Shown: piece by piece, positions 1-8,740 of the stretch | Layout: each line of letters starts with the position of its first letter | How positions within the stretch are numbered: the first letter of the stretch is position 1 | Source: an uncultured delta proteobacterium | GTDB taxonomy: Bacteria; Desulfobacterota; Binatia; JACPRU01 | Length of the DNA stretch: 64,000 nucleotides | NCBI GenBank assembly: GCA_963745025.1 | Contig: CAVUWD010000016.1 | Location: 320,001-384,000, forward strand | Direction: 5' to 3' | Position numbers and translations under genes: made by a program | Notes under the pieces: model-generated | Seen by the model: only the letters and a program-made list of their open reading frames with translations | Databases searched by the model: none | Told to the model about the DNA's origin: nothing

Positions 1-103
1 CGGGCCAGAGGGCACAACTGCCAATGTGGCGATTCTCAGAGACAAAGGCGACACGCTGGGCGCAGGCGACGCGGCCCGTCCAGGGGATCTAACTGGGTTG
101 AAG

Positions 104-2107
104 CTAATACCTCGTCGCGAATACCGCGTACTCTATCTCCCACTCGCCGCTGCCAACGTATTGAAGGGTTACGGAATACTTGCGCTGGATCGGCTTGTTG
201 AAGCTGCGAGGTATCTCGACATGGACCTCGGCCTCGTAACGGGACCGCTCGATGCCGTCGACGAAACTCCCGCCGCCGATGCGCTTGGCGAGCACGGATT
301 TTAGAACCCTCGCGTTGGAATTTTCGTACCGCTGCACGGCAGCCTTTGCCCAAGCCGCAGCGGCATCTCGCGATGCAAGATCCGAAGCCCCTGTGGCCAC
401 AGCGGTAACTGGTAACGTCGGTTCGCGAGCCATCGCCGCCATCGCCGTAGCGGCGGCAGTTGGCGATGTCGGTTCAGGCGCTCTCATCGCCGTTGCGGGT
501 GGGGTGGGATTGGCCCGCGTGTTGATCCGGGTTTGGGCGATCAGTCGAAGAGTTCCCGCGGCCATGGAGAGAACTACGACCGCAGCGAGGAGTCGCGGGA
601 ATCCCTGCCGACGGCCCGAAGCCATGGCAGGATAGAAAACACGTGGTGTGGCCGCGAAACGAGCCGCTCGACGTCTAAACGCCTCCAACCACTCGGTCGG
701 GTTCCACATCATGTGCATGACCACTTCAGGCTCAGGGGCAGACGGTGAGACGACGACTTTCCCTTCGACCTCGTTCGCCATCCCTTTTCCTTCGCTACCC
801 GGTTGGAAGGAATCGTCTCGTGCCGATCTTGTGGCGAGCCGAGGAAGCTTGTTCGCTCCCAGCGCGCGTCTCGGAGGAGAGTGGGAAACTCTCAGCTCCT
901 TGAGGCCACCACTCCCTGGGAGCGGAGAATGGCCTACCAGAACGATCTTGGCGGTCGCGAACAGCACCCACAGATCGCGCCGCAGCGACGGTCGCGCGAT
1001 CGCACAGAGGTCGTAGCGCATCTTCTCGATCTCGCCAGGAAGATCGTGCGCGTAGCCTTGTCGGACCTGCGCCCACCCGGTGAGGCCGGGCCGGACCAGG
1101 GAACGGAGGGAGTAGTAAGGGATGGAGCGAGCGAACAGTTCGTAGTTCGAGACCGGGTGCGGACGGGGACCGACGAGGTCCATGTCCCCGCGCAGGATGT
1201 TCCAGAGCTGGGGCAGCTCATCGAGGTGGAGCTTTCGAAGCCACCGGCCGAGTGGAGTGATGCGATTTACGTTGTCCCGCTCCCATTCCGAGGAGGTGGC
1301 CTTCTCGCTGCCCATGGAGCGGAACTTCAGCAGCCTGAAAGGCCGACCGTGCAGCCCCACACGCTCCTGGACGAACAGCACGGGACCTCTGTCGGCCATG
1401 TAGATGGACAAAGCGATGAGCGCCATCACCGGGAGAGCCGGCAGCAGCGCCACGGCGGCCACGACGGCGCTCACGCACCGCTTCATCGTACCGTAGAGAC
1501 GGTTGCTCAGACACGCATGCGAGACCAGCAGATGCAACGAAGTTCTCTCATCGAAGAAGATCTTGCCGGTCAGCCGCTCATAGGCTTCGTGCCCGGTCTC
1601 CACCGGAACGCCCCCGATCTGTTGCGCGAAGAGCTCGCACATGGGTAGCTCCTCGAGAGGCGAGCGAAGGCAGACGACGATCCGTACGGGTCTCGTCTCT
1701 GCGATAACCTTGGAGACTCTCGAAATCGTACGCAGCGGCTGTCCTGGATTTCCGTCTCCGTCGCTCTCGGTGAAGCGGATGGCCGTGTAGCCGCTACGCT
1801 CGAGTTCCCACGTCGCCGCCCGCGCCACCGCGCTCGTTCCGAAGACCAGGACGTTCCGACTGGAAGACGTTCGCGCACCCGAAAAAATCGAACGAACACG
1901 CCATCGCCGCGAGAACGCGTCGCGACGCGTGAAAAAGTAGAACGCCTTCGCAAGAACTCTACGGTGGATAAAGGTCGCCACTTTGCGATTCGCTGGTCCG
2001 TTCGGGGCCTGCTCGACCAGTAGTCCTCGCGCTCGAGAGGAGGCTCGCAACGCTTGCATGGGGGCGCGGACGCGCCGTTCCGCCTTCCGTCCGGCGAGGC
2101 GTATCAC
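104..2107 (-). CDS. Bacterial sugar transferase (polyprenyl glycosylphosphotransferase, EPS priming GT) with long in-frame C-terminal extension; true start uncertain
   Basis: Motifs FVQERVGLHGRPFRLLKFRSM, LDELPQLWNILRGDMDLVGPRP, VRPGLTGWAQV. The domain ends near nt 930. The extension has its own RBS+ATG at 781. Confidence 0.85.
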   Translation of the reverse strand: MIRLAGRKAERRVRAPMQALRASSRARGLLVEQAPNGPANRKVATFIHRRVLAKAFYFFTRRDAFSRRWRVRSIFSGARTSSSRNVLVFGTSAVARAATWELERSGYTAIRFTESDGDGNPGQPLRTISRVSKVIAETRPVRIVVCLRSPLEELPMCELFAQQIGGVPVETGHEAYERLTGKIFFDERTSLHLLVSHACLSNRLYGTMKRCVSAVVAAVALLPALPVMALIALSIYMADRGPVLFVQERVGLHGRPFRLLKFRSMGSEKATSSEWERDNVNRITPLGRWLRKLHLDELPQLWNILRGDMDLVGPRPHPVSNYELFARSIPYYSLRSLVRPGLTGWAQVRQGYAHDLPGEIEKMRYDLCAIARPSLRRDLWVLFATAKIVLVGHSPLPGSGGLKELRVSHSPPRRALGANKLPRLATRSARDDSFQPGSEGKGMANEVEGKVVVSPSAPEPEVVMHMMWNPTEWLEAFRRRAARFAATPRVFYPAMASGRRQGFPRLLAAVVVLSMAAGTLRLIAQTRINTRANPTPPATAMRAPEPTSPTAAATAMAAMAREPTLPVTAVATGASDLASRDAAAAWAKAAVQRYENSNARVLKSVLAKRIGGGSFVDGIERSRYEAEVHVEIPRSFNKPIQRKYSVTLQYVGSGEWEIEYAVFATRY

Positions 2108-2273
2108 AGTGCGCGGCGATTTCGCAAACGCCGTTTCTTAGCAGCTCGGGTCGCCTTTGCGGCGGCGCTGCGAGGGTGCGCTCCTCACGGGCGACGCCGC
2201 CCTCCAGTGACTCCACATAGTGAGCGCGATGATGATCGCAAGGCCGAGGTAGAGCACGAGCTGCGCGGCGATC

Positions 2274-2858
2274 ATGCGATCGGGATGCCAGGCGGGTAGC
2301 TCGAAGAGGCGAGCGAGATCGAGTGCGCGTCCGATTCTATCGAGGAGCCTTCGAGGCATTCGGCGACTCATACCTTACCGTTGGCGTGGAGGAAGTCGAG
2401 CCGTCCAGCACGCGGTGCCGATCTGCGTTCAGGGTGATCTGCGGCAACACCTTGGACACGGCTGCGGATGTACGCGCGGTACGTTCTGGGAGTGCCTATT
2501 AAGCTCCAGCCATGTCTATCGCCGGAAGGCCGCCTCGACCGCGCCGTCGGCACCGGCAAGCCGCCTGAGAGCGGTGAGACCCGACGACCCCGCGCCGATC
2601 TGGTTGTTGGCGCTCCCCGTCGTGGCCGCCGGGCTATTCTGCCACGCGGAATGTTGGTCTTCTCGCAGCACCATCGTGCTCGCGCACGGTGTTGTCGCCG
2701 GATCGCCGGCGATGGCCCGGGCTGCTCAGCCGTGGATCGCGAACGGCCGCATTGGGCGCCTGAGCTTCGACGGCATCTGCTTCGCGCTCGGATGGTCAGC
2801 GCGGGACGTCCGGGACGCCGTACTCCATCGACGTCGTGAACGCAGGCGCGCCGCATGA
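2274..2858 (+). CDS. Hypothetical, possibly membrane protein (start uncertain)
   Basis: ORF with hydrophobic stretch PIWLLALPVVAAGLF; no recognisable family. Confidence 0.25.
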   Translation: MRSGCQAGSSKRRARSSARPILSRSLRGIRRLIPYRWRGGSRAVQHAVPICVQGDLRQHLGHGCGCTRGTFWECLLSSSHVYRRKAASTAPSAPASRLRAVRPDDPAPIWLLALPVVAAGLFCHAECWSSRSTIVLAHGVVAGSPAMARAAQPWIANGRIGRLSFDGICFALGWSARDVRDAVLHRRRERRRAA

Positions 2859-2998
2859 CATGAGAGGTTGCCGATCCAGCGGGAGTCCAGGCCCGCTGGA
2901 CCGGGCGGAACCAGGAACACACCGGAGGAGGATCCGATGTCGAGACGAACATTACCAACCCGAAGGGAGAATCGCCAACTCAGCCTGACCCGTCGCCG

Positions 2999-3390
2999 GG
3001 CGAAGACGTTCTCGTCTTGGCCAACGCCCTGTTGCAAAGGTACTCCACCGAGACCGGAAGAAAGATTACCGGCTTTGATCGATCGGCGCTTGAGGCCCTG
3101 AGGACCTACGGATGGCCGGGGAACGTTCGCGAGCTCGAAAACCGGGTCAAACGAGCGGTGATCATGGCGGAACGAAGAAGAGAGTGGCTCCGGCCGACCT
3201 CGAGCTCGACTCGCCGTTCGAGAAGTATCAAGGGAAGCGGCTTCGCGAGGCTCGCGAGGCTCTCGAAAGAGAGATCATCGAGAAAGCGCTTGCGAAGCAC
3301 GGCGGCAACATCACTCACGCCGCGACCGAGTTGGGAATAAGCCGCCCCACGCTGCATGACCTGATCAACAAATATTCCATCGTGATTTAG
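2999..3390 (+). pseudogene. Truncated, frameshifted sigma-54-dependent Fis-type activator (PrsR-like C-terminal part)
   Basis: One frame reads GEDVLVLANALL...WPGNVRELENRVKRAVIMAE. After an indel at ~3170 another frame gives the Fis HTH (ALAKHGGNITHAATELGISRPTLHDLINKY). Receiver and most of the AAA+ domain are absent. Confidence 0.8.
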
Positions 3391-3422
3391 AGAATGGCGA
3401 CCCGAGCACTTCTGTGCCGAGC

Positions 3423-3552
3423 TGTCGATAATCCTTACAATTCGACATACGTTTCCGAACTTTAGGATCAAGACAAACGTTTTCGCGCCGTTGCGATTTT
3501 GCTCATCTCGGCCAAAGCCCCGTAGGCCCTCGGATCGTCGGAAATCTTTACG
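3423..3552 (+). promoter_or_regulatory. Two PEP-CTERM-box-like enhancer sites
   Basis: TGT-N11-ACA at 3423-3439 and CGT-N11-ACG at 3536-3552, upstream of a PEP-CTERM gene. Confidence 0.55.
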
Positions 3553-3628
3553 GTTACGCTCATTCGTACGGGATGATCAATCACGAAAACGTGGGATATT
3601 TCCATCATTTCTCGTCCTCGGCTCGACC

Positions 3629-3644
3629 TGGACCAATTCTTGGA
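3629..3644 (+). promoter_or_regulatory. Possible sigma-54 promoter (non-canonical -12)
   Basis: TGGACCAATTCTTGGA is GG-N10-GG instead of GG-N10-GC; lies ~38 nt before the ATG. Confidence 0.35.
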
Positions 3645-3681
3645 GGAGAACTCGGGTATGATGTCTTCTTAGGAGCGAGGA

Positions 3682-4413
3682 ATGAGACTAGTCAAATTTG
3701 TTTCGGCAGGAGCATTCGCGCTGACAATGGCCTTAGGGCTGTCTACGGCCCAGGCCACCGCGATCACCTTCACCGCGAGCGGCACCGGTTCGGACGGGGC
3801 GCTGTCCGCGAGTGCCCTATTCACGACAACTGCCGGCGAGGTCGACGTGACTCTGACGAACCTTCTGGGCGCGAACGTGATCCGGAGCGCCGGGCAGGCA
3901 CTGAGCGACATCACGTTTACCCTGAGCAATACCGCAGGGACGCTCGGTACGACGTCGGCTTCCGGGCAGCTCGGCAACATCTCGGGTATTGTTCCACCTG
4001 GCGGAGGCACGGTGACCTATACGTCCGGCGACCCCACACGCTGGCTGGGTGCTGGGGGCCAGGGTGACTTTAGCGTCGTTGGAGACACCGTTACGCTTGA
4101 GGCGATCGGCGGCGGGAAGCCGAGCCAAATGATCATCCCATTCCAAGTGGATGGAGGCGCGTACTCGAACGTGAACCCCGGGTTCGACAACTTCAACCCC
4201 TACACGATCGGCCCGGCCACCTTCAGTCTCCACCTCTCGGGCGTAACGGCGGCCACGACCATCACGTCGGCGACCTTCTCGTTCGGGACCGGGCCTGACA
4301 CTTTCTTGAGCGGTACGCCTGGGGGAGTGGCGCCCGAGCCAGGGTCGGTATTTCTCCTTGGGTCAGGTTTAGCGGCACTTGGGTTGTTCCGCTGGCGTCG
4401 TCATAGCCCCTGA
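3682..4413 (+). CDS. PEP-CTERM sorting domain protein
   Basis: N-terminal signal peptide, Gly/Ser/Thr-rich body, C-terminal APEPGSVFLLGSGLAALGLFRWRR; RBS AGGAG. Confidence 0.92.
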   Translation: MRLVKFVSAGAFALTMALGLSTAQATAITFTASGTGSDGALSASALFTTTAGEVDVTLTNLLGANVIRSAGQALSDITFTLSNTAGTLGTTSASGQLGNISGIVPPGGGTVTYTSGDPTRWLGAGGQGDFSVVGDTVTLEAIGGGKPSQMIIPFQVDGGAYSNVNPGFDNFNPYTIGPATFSLHLSGVTAATTITSATFSFGTGPDTFLSGTPGGVAPEPGSVFLLGSGLAALGLFRWRRHSP

Positions 4414-4435
4414 AGAGATTGACAAGCCTAGCTTG

Positions 4436-4469
4436 AAGGGGTCACCCGCAGTGCGGGTGACCCCTTTTT
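4436..4469 (+). terminator. Rho-independent terminator
   Basis: AAGGGGTCACCCGC-AGT-GCGGGTGACCCCTT followed by T-run. Confidence 0.85.
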
Positions 4470-4499
4470 CTCTCCGACTTCTTCGACGCTCCTGGACAG

Positions 4500-4830
4500 C
4501 GCGTCGCACTTGCTCCTCGAGGACGGTCGGGCTCCACGAGCCGTCGGCGTCAGCGCAGGTGGAGCAGACGCCCAGGCGCTGGAAGAAGCCCTCCGCCCTG
4601 GCGGCCTGGACAGGACGGTCCGCGGGGGGTGCGACTTTGGCGAGCTCACGTACCTCGCCGATTCCCTGCATCAGCTTCGCCACGTACTCCGCCGTGATTG
4701 CGAAGTTGAGGTTCTGTCCCGTCTTCAACGACGACGTCGCCACGCGATGACACGTGCGTTCGCGTCGAGCACCGGCCCGCCGCTGCTCCCAGCGGAAATC
4801 GGGGCGGTGATCTGCAAAAGCAACGTGGTT
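4500..4830 (-). pseudogene. Fragment of trypsin-like (S1C) serine protease, frameshifted
   Basis: Reads LLQITAPISAGSSGGPVLDANARVI, then a 1-nt deletion at ~4745, then VATSSLKTGQNLNFAI. The N-terminal part is absent. Confidence 0.75.
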
Positions 4831-4947
4831 CTTGCCGCTCCTCCGCATTGGTTCAGGAGTTCGTCAGGATTTGCGCCAGCTCGGAGGCTGCGTCACGAAT
4901 CGCTTCCGTTGGTCGCGATCCCCGCTCCGGCCGCGCCAACTGCCGAG

Positions 4948-5241
4948 CTAGTCTCGGCGGGAAGTGGTGCCCATCTCCTGCAAATGCCGCCTCAGCGTCT
5001 GAAGCGCCTCGAGGACTACCCGATCGTGAAAGCCGGGGTGCGAGAACGCCGCCTGTAGACCTTCCAGCGCCTCGATCAGCGGCTGGATGCGTGCCCGTGG
5101 ATCCGGATCGATCCGATCGCGAACCGCGTTGGCGAGCAATCGGGCGTAGTCGGGCTTCAAGCGCCCGCCCGCCGGATAGTCTTCGTCCTTTATGCCGAAG
5201 TCCAGCTCGCCGAGCCGCTCTGCGATCCGATCGGCCACCAC
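4948..5241 (-). CDS. Hypothetical protein
   Basis: ORF with protein-like composition inside the decayed element; no family recognised. Confidence 0.35.
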   Translation of the reverse strand: MVADRIAERLGELDFGIKDEDYPAGGRLKPDYARLLANAVRDRIDPDPRARIQPLIEALEGLQAAFSHPGFHDRVVLEALQTLRRHLQEMGTTSRRD

Positions 5242-5619
5242 CGCTGGATCCTCGGTCTCAGCTCGAAAACCTCAGTTCCCGGTTGGAGTAGAAGAGGATC
5301 GTCCTGAAGCTCGTTTGGTATTGTTGGGTTAGGAGACTCAACGAATGCCGAACGGAGGGACAGGACGATGGCGCTCGAACCAACAACCGCGCTACTTTCG
5401 CCTCGCATCCTTCAATGAAATCGTTTGCCGTTCTGAAAACGATTTCACCCCCCGGCGCCCGGGGCTTTCCCTTATCGAAACGTGCTCAGTCCACCAGTCA
5501 ATAAACAGTTCCTGATCGACGACCTTCTGCTCGACAGCCTTTTCGAGTAGCGGCCAATCCTAGCGGCCTCTCGTCTCGGTCTGTCGGGTTCCGTCGACTG
5601 CTGTTGCCTTCCGTTGTCG

Positions 5620-7017
5620 TCAAACCGCCATCCAGAGCCGCCGAGGCTTCGCGACCACCGCCGCCGCAAGGCAGAGAGCGTTCGCCGCGTCGTCCCGGCC
5701 CCCGTGGGGGTGATCCACCATCGTCCGGCCCCCGGATCGCGCCCGGCGCTCGAGCTGCTTCAACTCCCGCGCCTGCTCCGAATGATCGAGTATGTCGATC
5801 CGCCCCGATGCGAAGAAGGGCTCCGCTTCGAGAAACGCCTCGCTCTTCGTCTTGGGCGCGTCCTCGTACTTCACCTTCTCGGCCTCGAATCTCTGGCGCG
5901 TCCAGCCCGCCCCGTAGCGGTCCGCGTACACACAGCGTAGCCAGTACCGCTGAAGAATTTGCGCCATCTCGTGAACCATCGCCTCGAGATCGAGGTCCCG
6001 GCCGCGGCCCCCGTAGACCTTCAGAAGATCCTGGACGATCCGCATCTCCGCGCCCTTGCCCTCCGCGTGAACGATCGAGATGGCACTGCGCTCCCGGCCG
6101 CCGCCGGCGAGATCGACCGCCGCGGTGTACACGCAGCCAGGAACCGGCGGCAATTCGTGCCGGCCCCGGACGATCGCATCATCCACCCACACGCCCGGCA
6201 GGAACGCCTCGAGGTCGTCGACGAACTCGGCTTCGTACTCCCGCGCGAACCGCGACGGATCGAGCCGCCGCTCCCGCTCTAGACGGCTCTGGCGGATCGA
6301 AGGATTCATCACGATCGAGGGCGCCCGCCATACCAGCACGTCGGGCGAGTCGACGCCGAAATGGTTCTTGAAGTCGTCGTAAAGAACCCCGCCCTTCATG
6401 TACGGTGTCGAGATCTTCACGACCTTCGTCCGGTCGAAGGCGATCATGCCCCGGCGGATTGATGCCTGAACTTCGACGTCGCTGTCCGAAGATCCCTCGA
6501 GGCGATAGAAGCCGGCCTCGTCCATCACCCCGCACGGGATCGACCAGCCCCTAAGGCTTCGCTGCGTGCACGGGAAGCAACTGATCGTGATGCCGTTCGT
6601 GAGCTCGATCTCCGAGGCCCGCACCTCGGCCACGAGCGCGCGCAAGACGTCCGACCCCGTCAGGTAGTCCCGAACGAAGCCGAAGGCGATCTTCGCCGCC
6701 CGCGCATCCTGCGCAACGCACGGAATGACCGCCCGCTCGCCTCGCTGGAGCTCCTTCTCGTGGCCGCCGTACGTAGCCTCGTAACAGACGATCGGCGCCG
6801 CGATGCGGCTGTCCTTGCCGGACCGCGCTCCGGCAATCACCGTCGCCTCCGGGAAGGGATGCCCCGGATACGTCTCCCGGCCCGTGCAGAGCCGCCAGAG
6901 CTCCATCTGCTCCGAAGTGAGGGGTAGACCCTCGATCGAACGGAGAAGCGTCTCCTGGGCGTCGCTGAGCGTGAGGCCGAGCAGACGCGAATCGGTCGTG
7001 AACTCGACCAGGTTCAC
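5620..7017 (-). CDS. Phage terminase large subunit-like ATPase/nuclease
   Basis: Walker A VIAGARSGKD, Walker B VMDEAGF, coupling motif ISTP, RNase-H-like AAVDLAGG and C-terminal RDDAANA. Confidence 0.8.
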   Translation of the reverse strand: MNLVEFTTDSRLLGLTLSDAQETLLRSIEGLPLTSEQMELWRLCTGRETYPGHPFPEATVIAGARSGKDSRIAAPIVCYEATYGGHEKELQRGERAVIPCVAQDARAAKIAFGFVRDYLTGSDVLRALVAEVRASEIELTNGITISCFPCTQRSLRGWSIPCGVMDEAGFYRLEGSSDSDVEVQASIRRGMIAFDRTKVVKISTPYMKGGVLYDDFKNHFGVDSPDVLVWRAPSIVMNPSIRQSRLERERRLDPSRFAREYEAEFVDDLEAFLPGVWVDDAIVRGRHELPPVPGCVYTAAVDLAGGGRERSAISIVHAEGKGAEMRIVQDLLKVYGGRGRDLDLEAMVHEMAQILQRYWLRCVYADRYGAGWTRQRFEAEKVKYEDAPKTKSEAFLEAEPFFASGRIDILDHSEQARELKQLERRARSGGRTMVDHPHGGRDDAANALCLAAAVVAKPRRLWMAV

Positions 7018-7676
7018 GACGGGCTCTCGTCGGGTTTCGTCGTTTCCTTCGTTTCTTCCGTCACCCCGGTAGACTCAACGGAGTCGGGTTTCCGCGTTTC
7101 AGGCGTTTTCCGCGTCACTGCGGTAGACTCCGAATGGCCATTGTCCTTCGTGGCGTACTCGGCCGCGATGTCCCCGAGGGTCAGTGCCTGCTTCGTGCGC
7201 CTCTCGAGCCCGAGGGCTTGAAGCAGCCGAGCCCGAGTCTCCACCAGCGCGGTACGTTCTTTGACTACCGGGATCAGCGTCCGCTTCCGCTTGATGACAA
7301 TGGTGTCCAGGGTGAGGAGCCAGCCGTCTACCGAGTCGATCCAGAGCGTCAGCCGCGCCACGTCATCGATGAGGATCTGCTGCGCCTGAGAGAGCCGCTC
7401 CTTCCCGCCGAGGTCGGCTGTGATCGCATCGCGTAGGTTGCGCAGCGTCAGCGCGAGCTTCGTGCGTCCGTCGATCGCACGGGTACCTATCTTGCGAACC
7501 TTCTCCTTGAGGAGCGTCAGGCCGTGCTTCTGGCTGTTCTGATTGCCCGGCGGCCCGCTCCGGCCAGGTTTGCCACCTGCCTTAGGACGCTTGGCAACGT
7601 CCGGCCCGGATGGAGACTCGATGGAGACCTCCTCGGTTATCGCCTTGGAATCGTTCACGTTCTCTCTGACGTGCAA
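7014..7676 (-). CDS. Putative terminase small subunit (start uncertain)
   Basis: GPPGNQNSQKHGL motif typical of TerS-like proteins; stop overlaps the TerL start. Confidence 0.55.
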   Translation of the reverse strand: MHVRENVNDSKAITEEVSIESPSGPDVAKRPKAGGKPGRSGPPGNQNSQKHGLTLLKEKVRKIGTRAIDGRTKLALTLRNLRDAITADLGGKERLSQAQQILIDDVARLTLWIDSVDGWLLTLDTIVIKRKRTLIPVVKERTALVETRARLLQALGLERRTKQALTLGDIAAEYATKDNGHSESTAVTRKTPETRKPDSVESTGVTEETKETTKPDESPS

Positions 7677-7855
7677 GAGGCTTTATCTTGTGGGGTAGGG
7701 ACCTCCGACCATTCGTTTCTGACTGGCCGATCCGCTTGCCATTGAAGACGGCGGCCGAGCGGCTCGATGGTTGGAGATAGGGAATCCACCGAATTGCGAT
7801 CGACAAAGGGCTGCGGCGCGAGGTAAGCGGTCGCTAAGCGAAGGAGGACTCCGCG

Positions 7856-8254
7856 ATGCAAGCTCGTCCCATCAATCCCCAACCGTTCCTCTCCGAGTCG
7901 TTCAACATCAATCAGGCAATCGAAGTGACCGGCGGCCAGCGCGTGCTGTACGTGTCCGGTCAGACCTCGAACGACGCGAGCGGTGCGCCGATGAACCCGG
8001 GTGATCTCGTCGCCCAGTTCAAGCTGGCCTGGAAGAATCTCGTCGAGGTACTCGCAGCCGCGAACATGGAGCCGAGGAACATCGTGCGGCTCAACTTCTA
8101 CACGACAGACGTCGAGACGTTCATGGCAAGGGCCGGGGAGATGGTGCCGGTCCTTGCGCAGGCGGGGTGCAAGCCGGTGGCGACGCTGCTCGGTGTCGTG
8201 CGCCTCTTCGAGCCGAGCATCATGGTCGAGATCGAAGCGACCGCCGTAGCCTGA
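7856..8254 (+). CDS. RidA/YjgF family protein
   Basis: VLYVSGQT...ATLLGVVRLFEPSIMVEIEATAVA; strong RBS AGGAGG. Confidence 0.9.
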   Translation: MQARPINPQPFLSESFNINQAIEVTGGQRVLYVSGQTSNDASGAPMNPGDLVAQFKLAWKNLVEVLAAANMEPRNIVRLNFYTTDVETFMARAGEMVPVLAQAGCKPVATLLGVVRLFEPSIMVEIEATAVA

Positions 8255-8341
8255 AGCGAATCTCGCGCTGAATGCGGTCTTGTCGGGTGGGGGGTAGGGA
8301 ATCGGGGTGAACGACCAGAGTAGGGCCTCGCGTCCCTCAAT

Positions 8342-8457
8342 GTCTCCACGAAGTCTCCATGAGGTCGCGTGAGGTCGCCTCAACTGGCGTGAGGGATTGC
8401 CTGAAATCGGGGGATTTCTTACGTGAATTGACGCGACTTGACGTGATCTGAGGTGAA
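8342..8457. repeat. Short direct repeats next to att site (putative integrase arm / Xis sites)
   Basis: GTCTCCA x2, TGAGGTCGC x2, and four 10-bp-periodic imperfect repeats (cttacgtgaa/ttgacgcgac/ttgacgtgat/ctgaggtgaa) at 8418-8457. Confidence 0.55.
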
Positions 8458-8463
8458 AAATTG

Positions 8464-8517
8464 GACTCAGGATCTTGTGGGGTAACACCTGTGGGGGTTC
8501 AAATCCCCCCTCTCGCA
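8464..8517 (+). mobile_element. att site: duplicated 3' half of tRNA-Leu(CAG), not an intact tRNA
   Basis: GACTCAGGATCTTG (anticodon CAG), long variable arm, GGGGGTTCAAATCCCCC T-arm, TCTCGCA acceptor strand; no D-arm or 5' acceptor strand upstream. Confidence 0.85.
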
Positions 8518-8740
8518 TTAGGTTTTCCAGAGAAGGGATTTCTCGGCGCTGGTGGAGGTCTTCCCACAGCTCGGGCCGCCGTGCCGCATGCCCCGTGCCG
8601 GGCCGGCCGCGCGGTACGTCGAGCGCGGGGTTCCTGCCCTTCGCGGCGGCCATCCCCCAGCGTACGGAGGCAACAGTTTGATCTTCAGAGGGCACCAGTT
8701 TACGGTTTACAAGCTCGCTTTACGGCAAATTCGCTTCGCC

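Noticed and set aside
2138-2371. 77-aa ORF with one hydrophobic helix
   Set aside because: Overlaps other weak ORFs; no supporting motif.
8430-8520. Intact tRNA-Leu gene
   Set aside because: Only anticodon-to-acceptor sequence is present; no D-arm or complementary 5' acceptor strand. Called as an att duplication instead.
7655-8695. 346-aa minus-strand ORF
   Set aside because: Spans the att site and is antisense to ridA; GFEPPQV is the reverse-translated tRNA T-arm.
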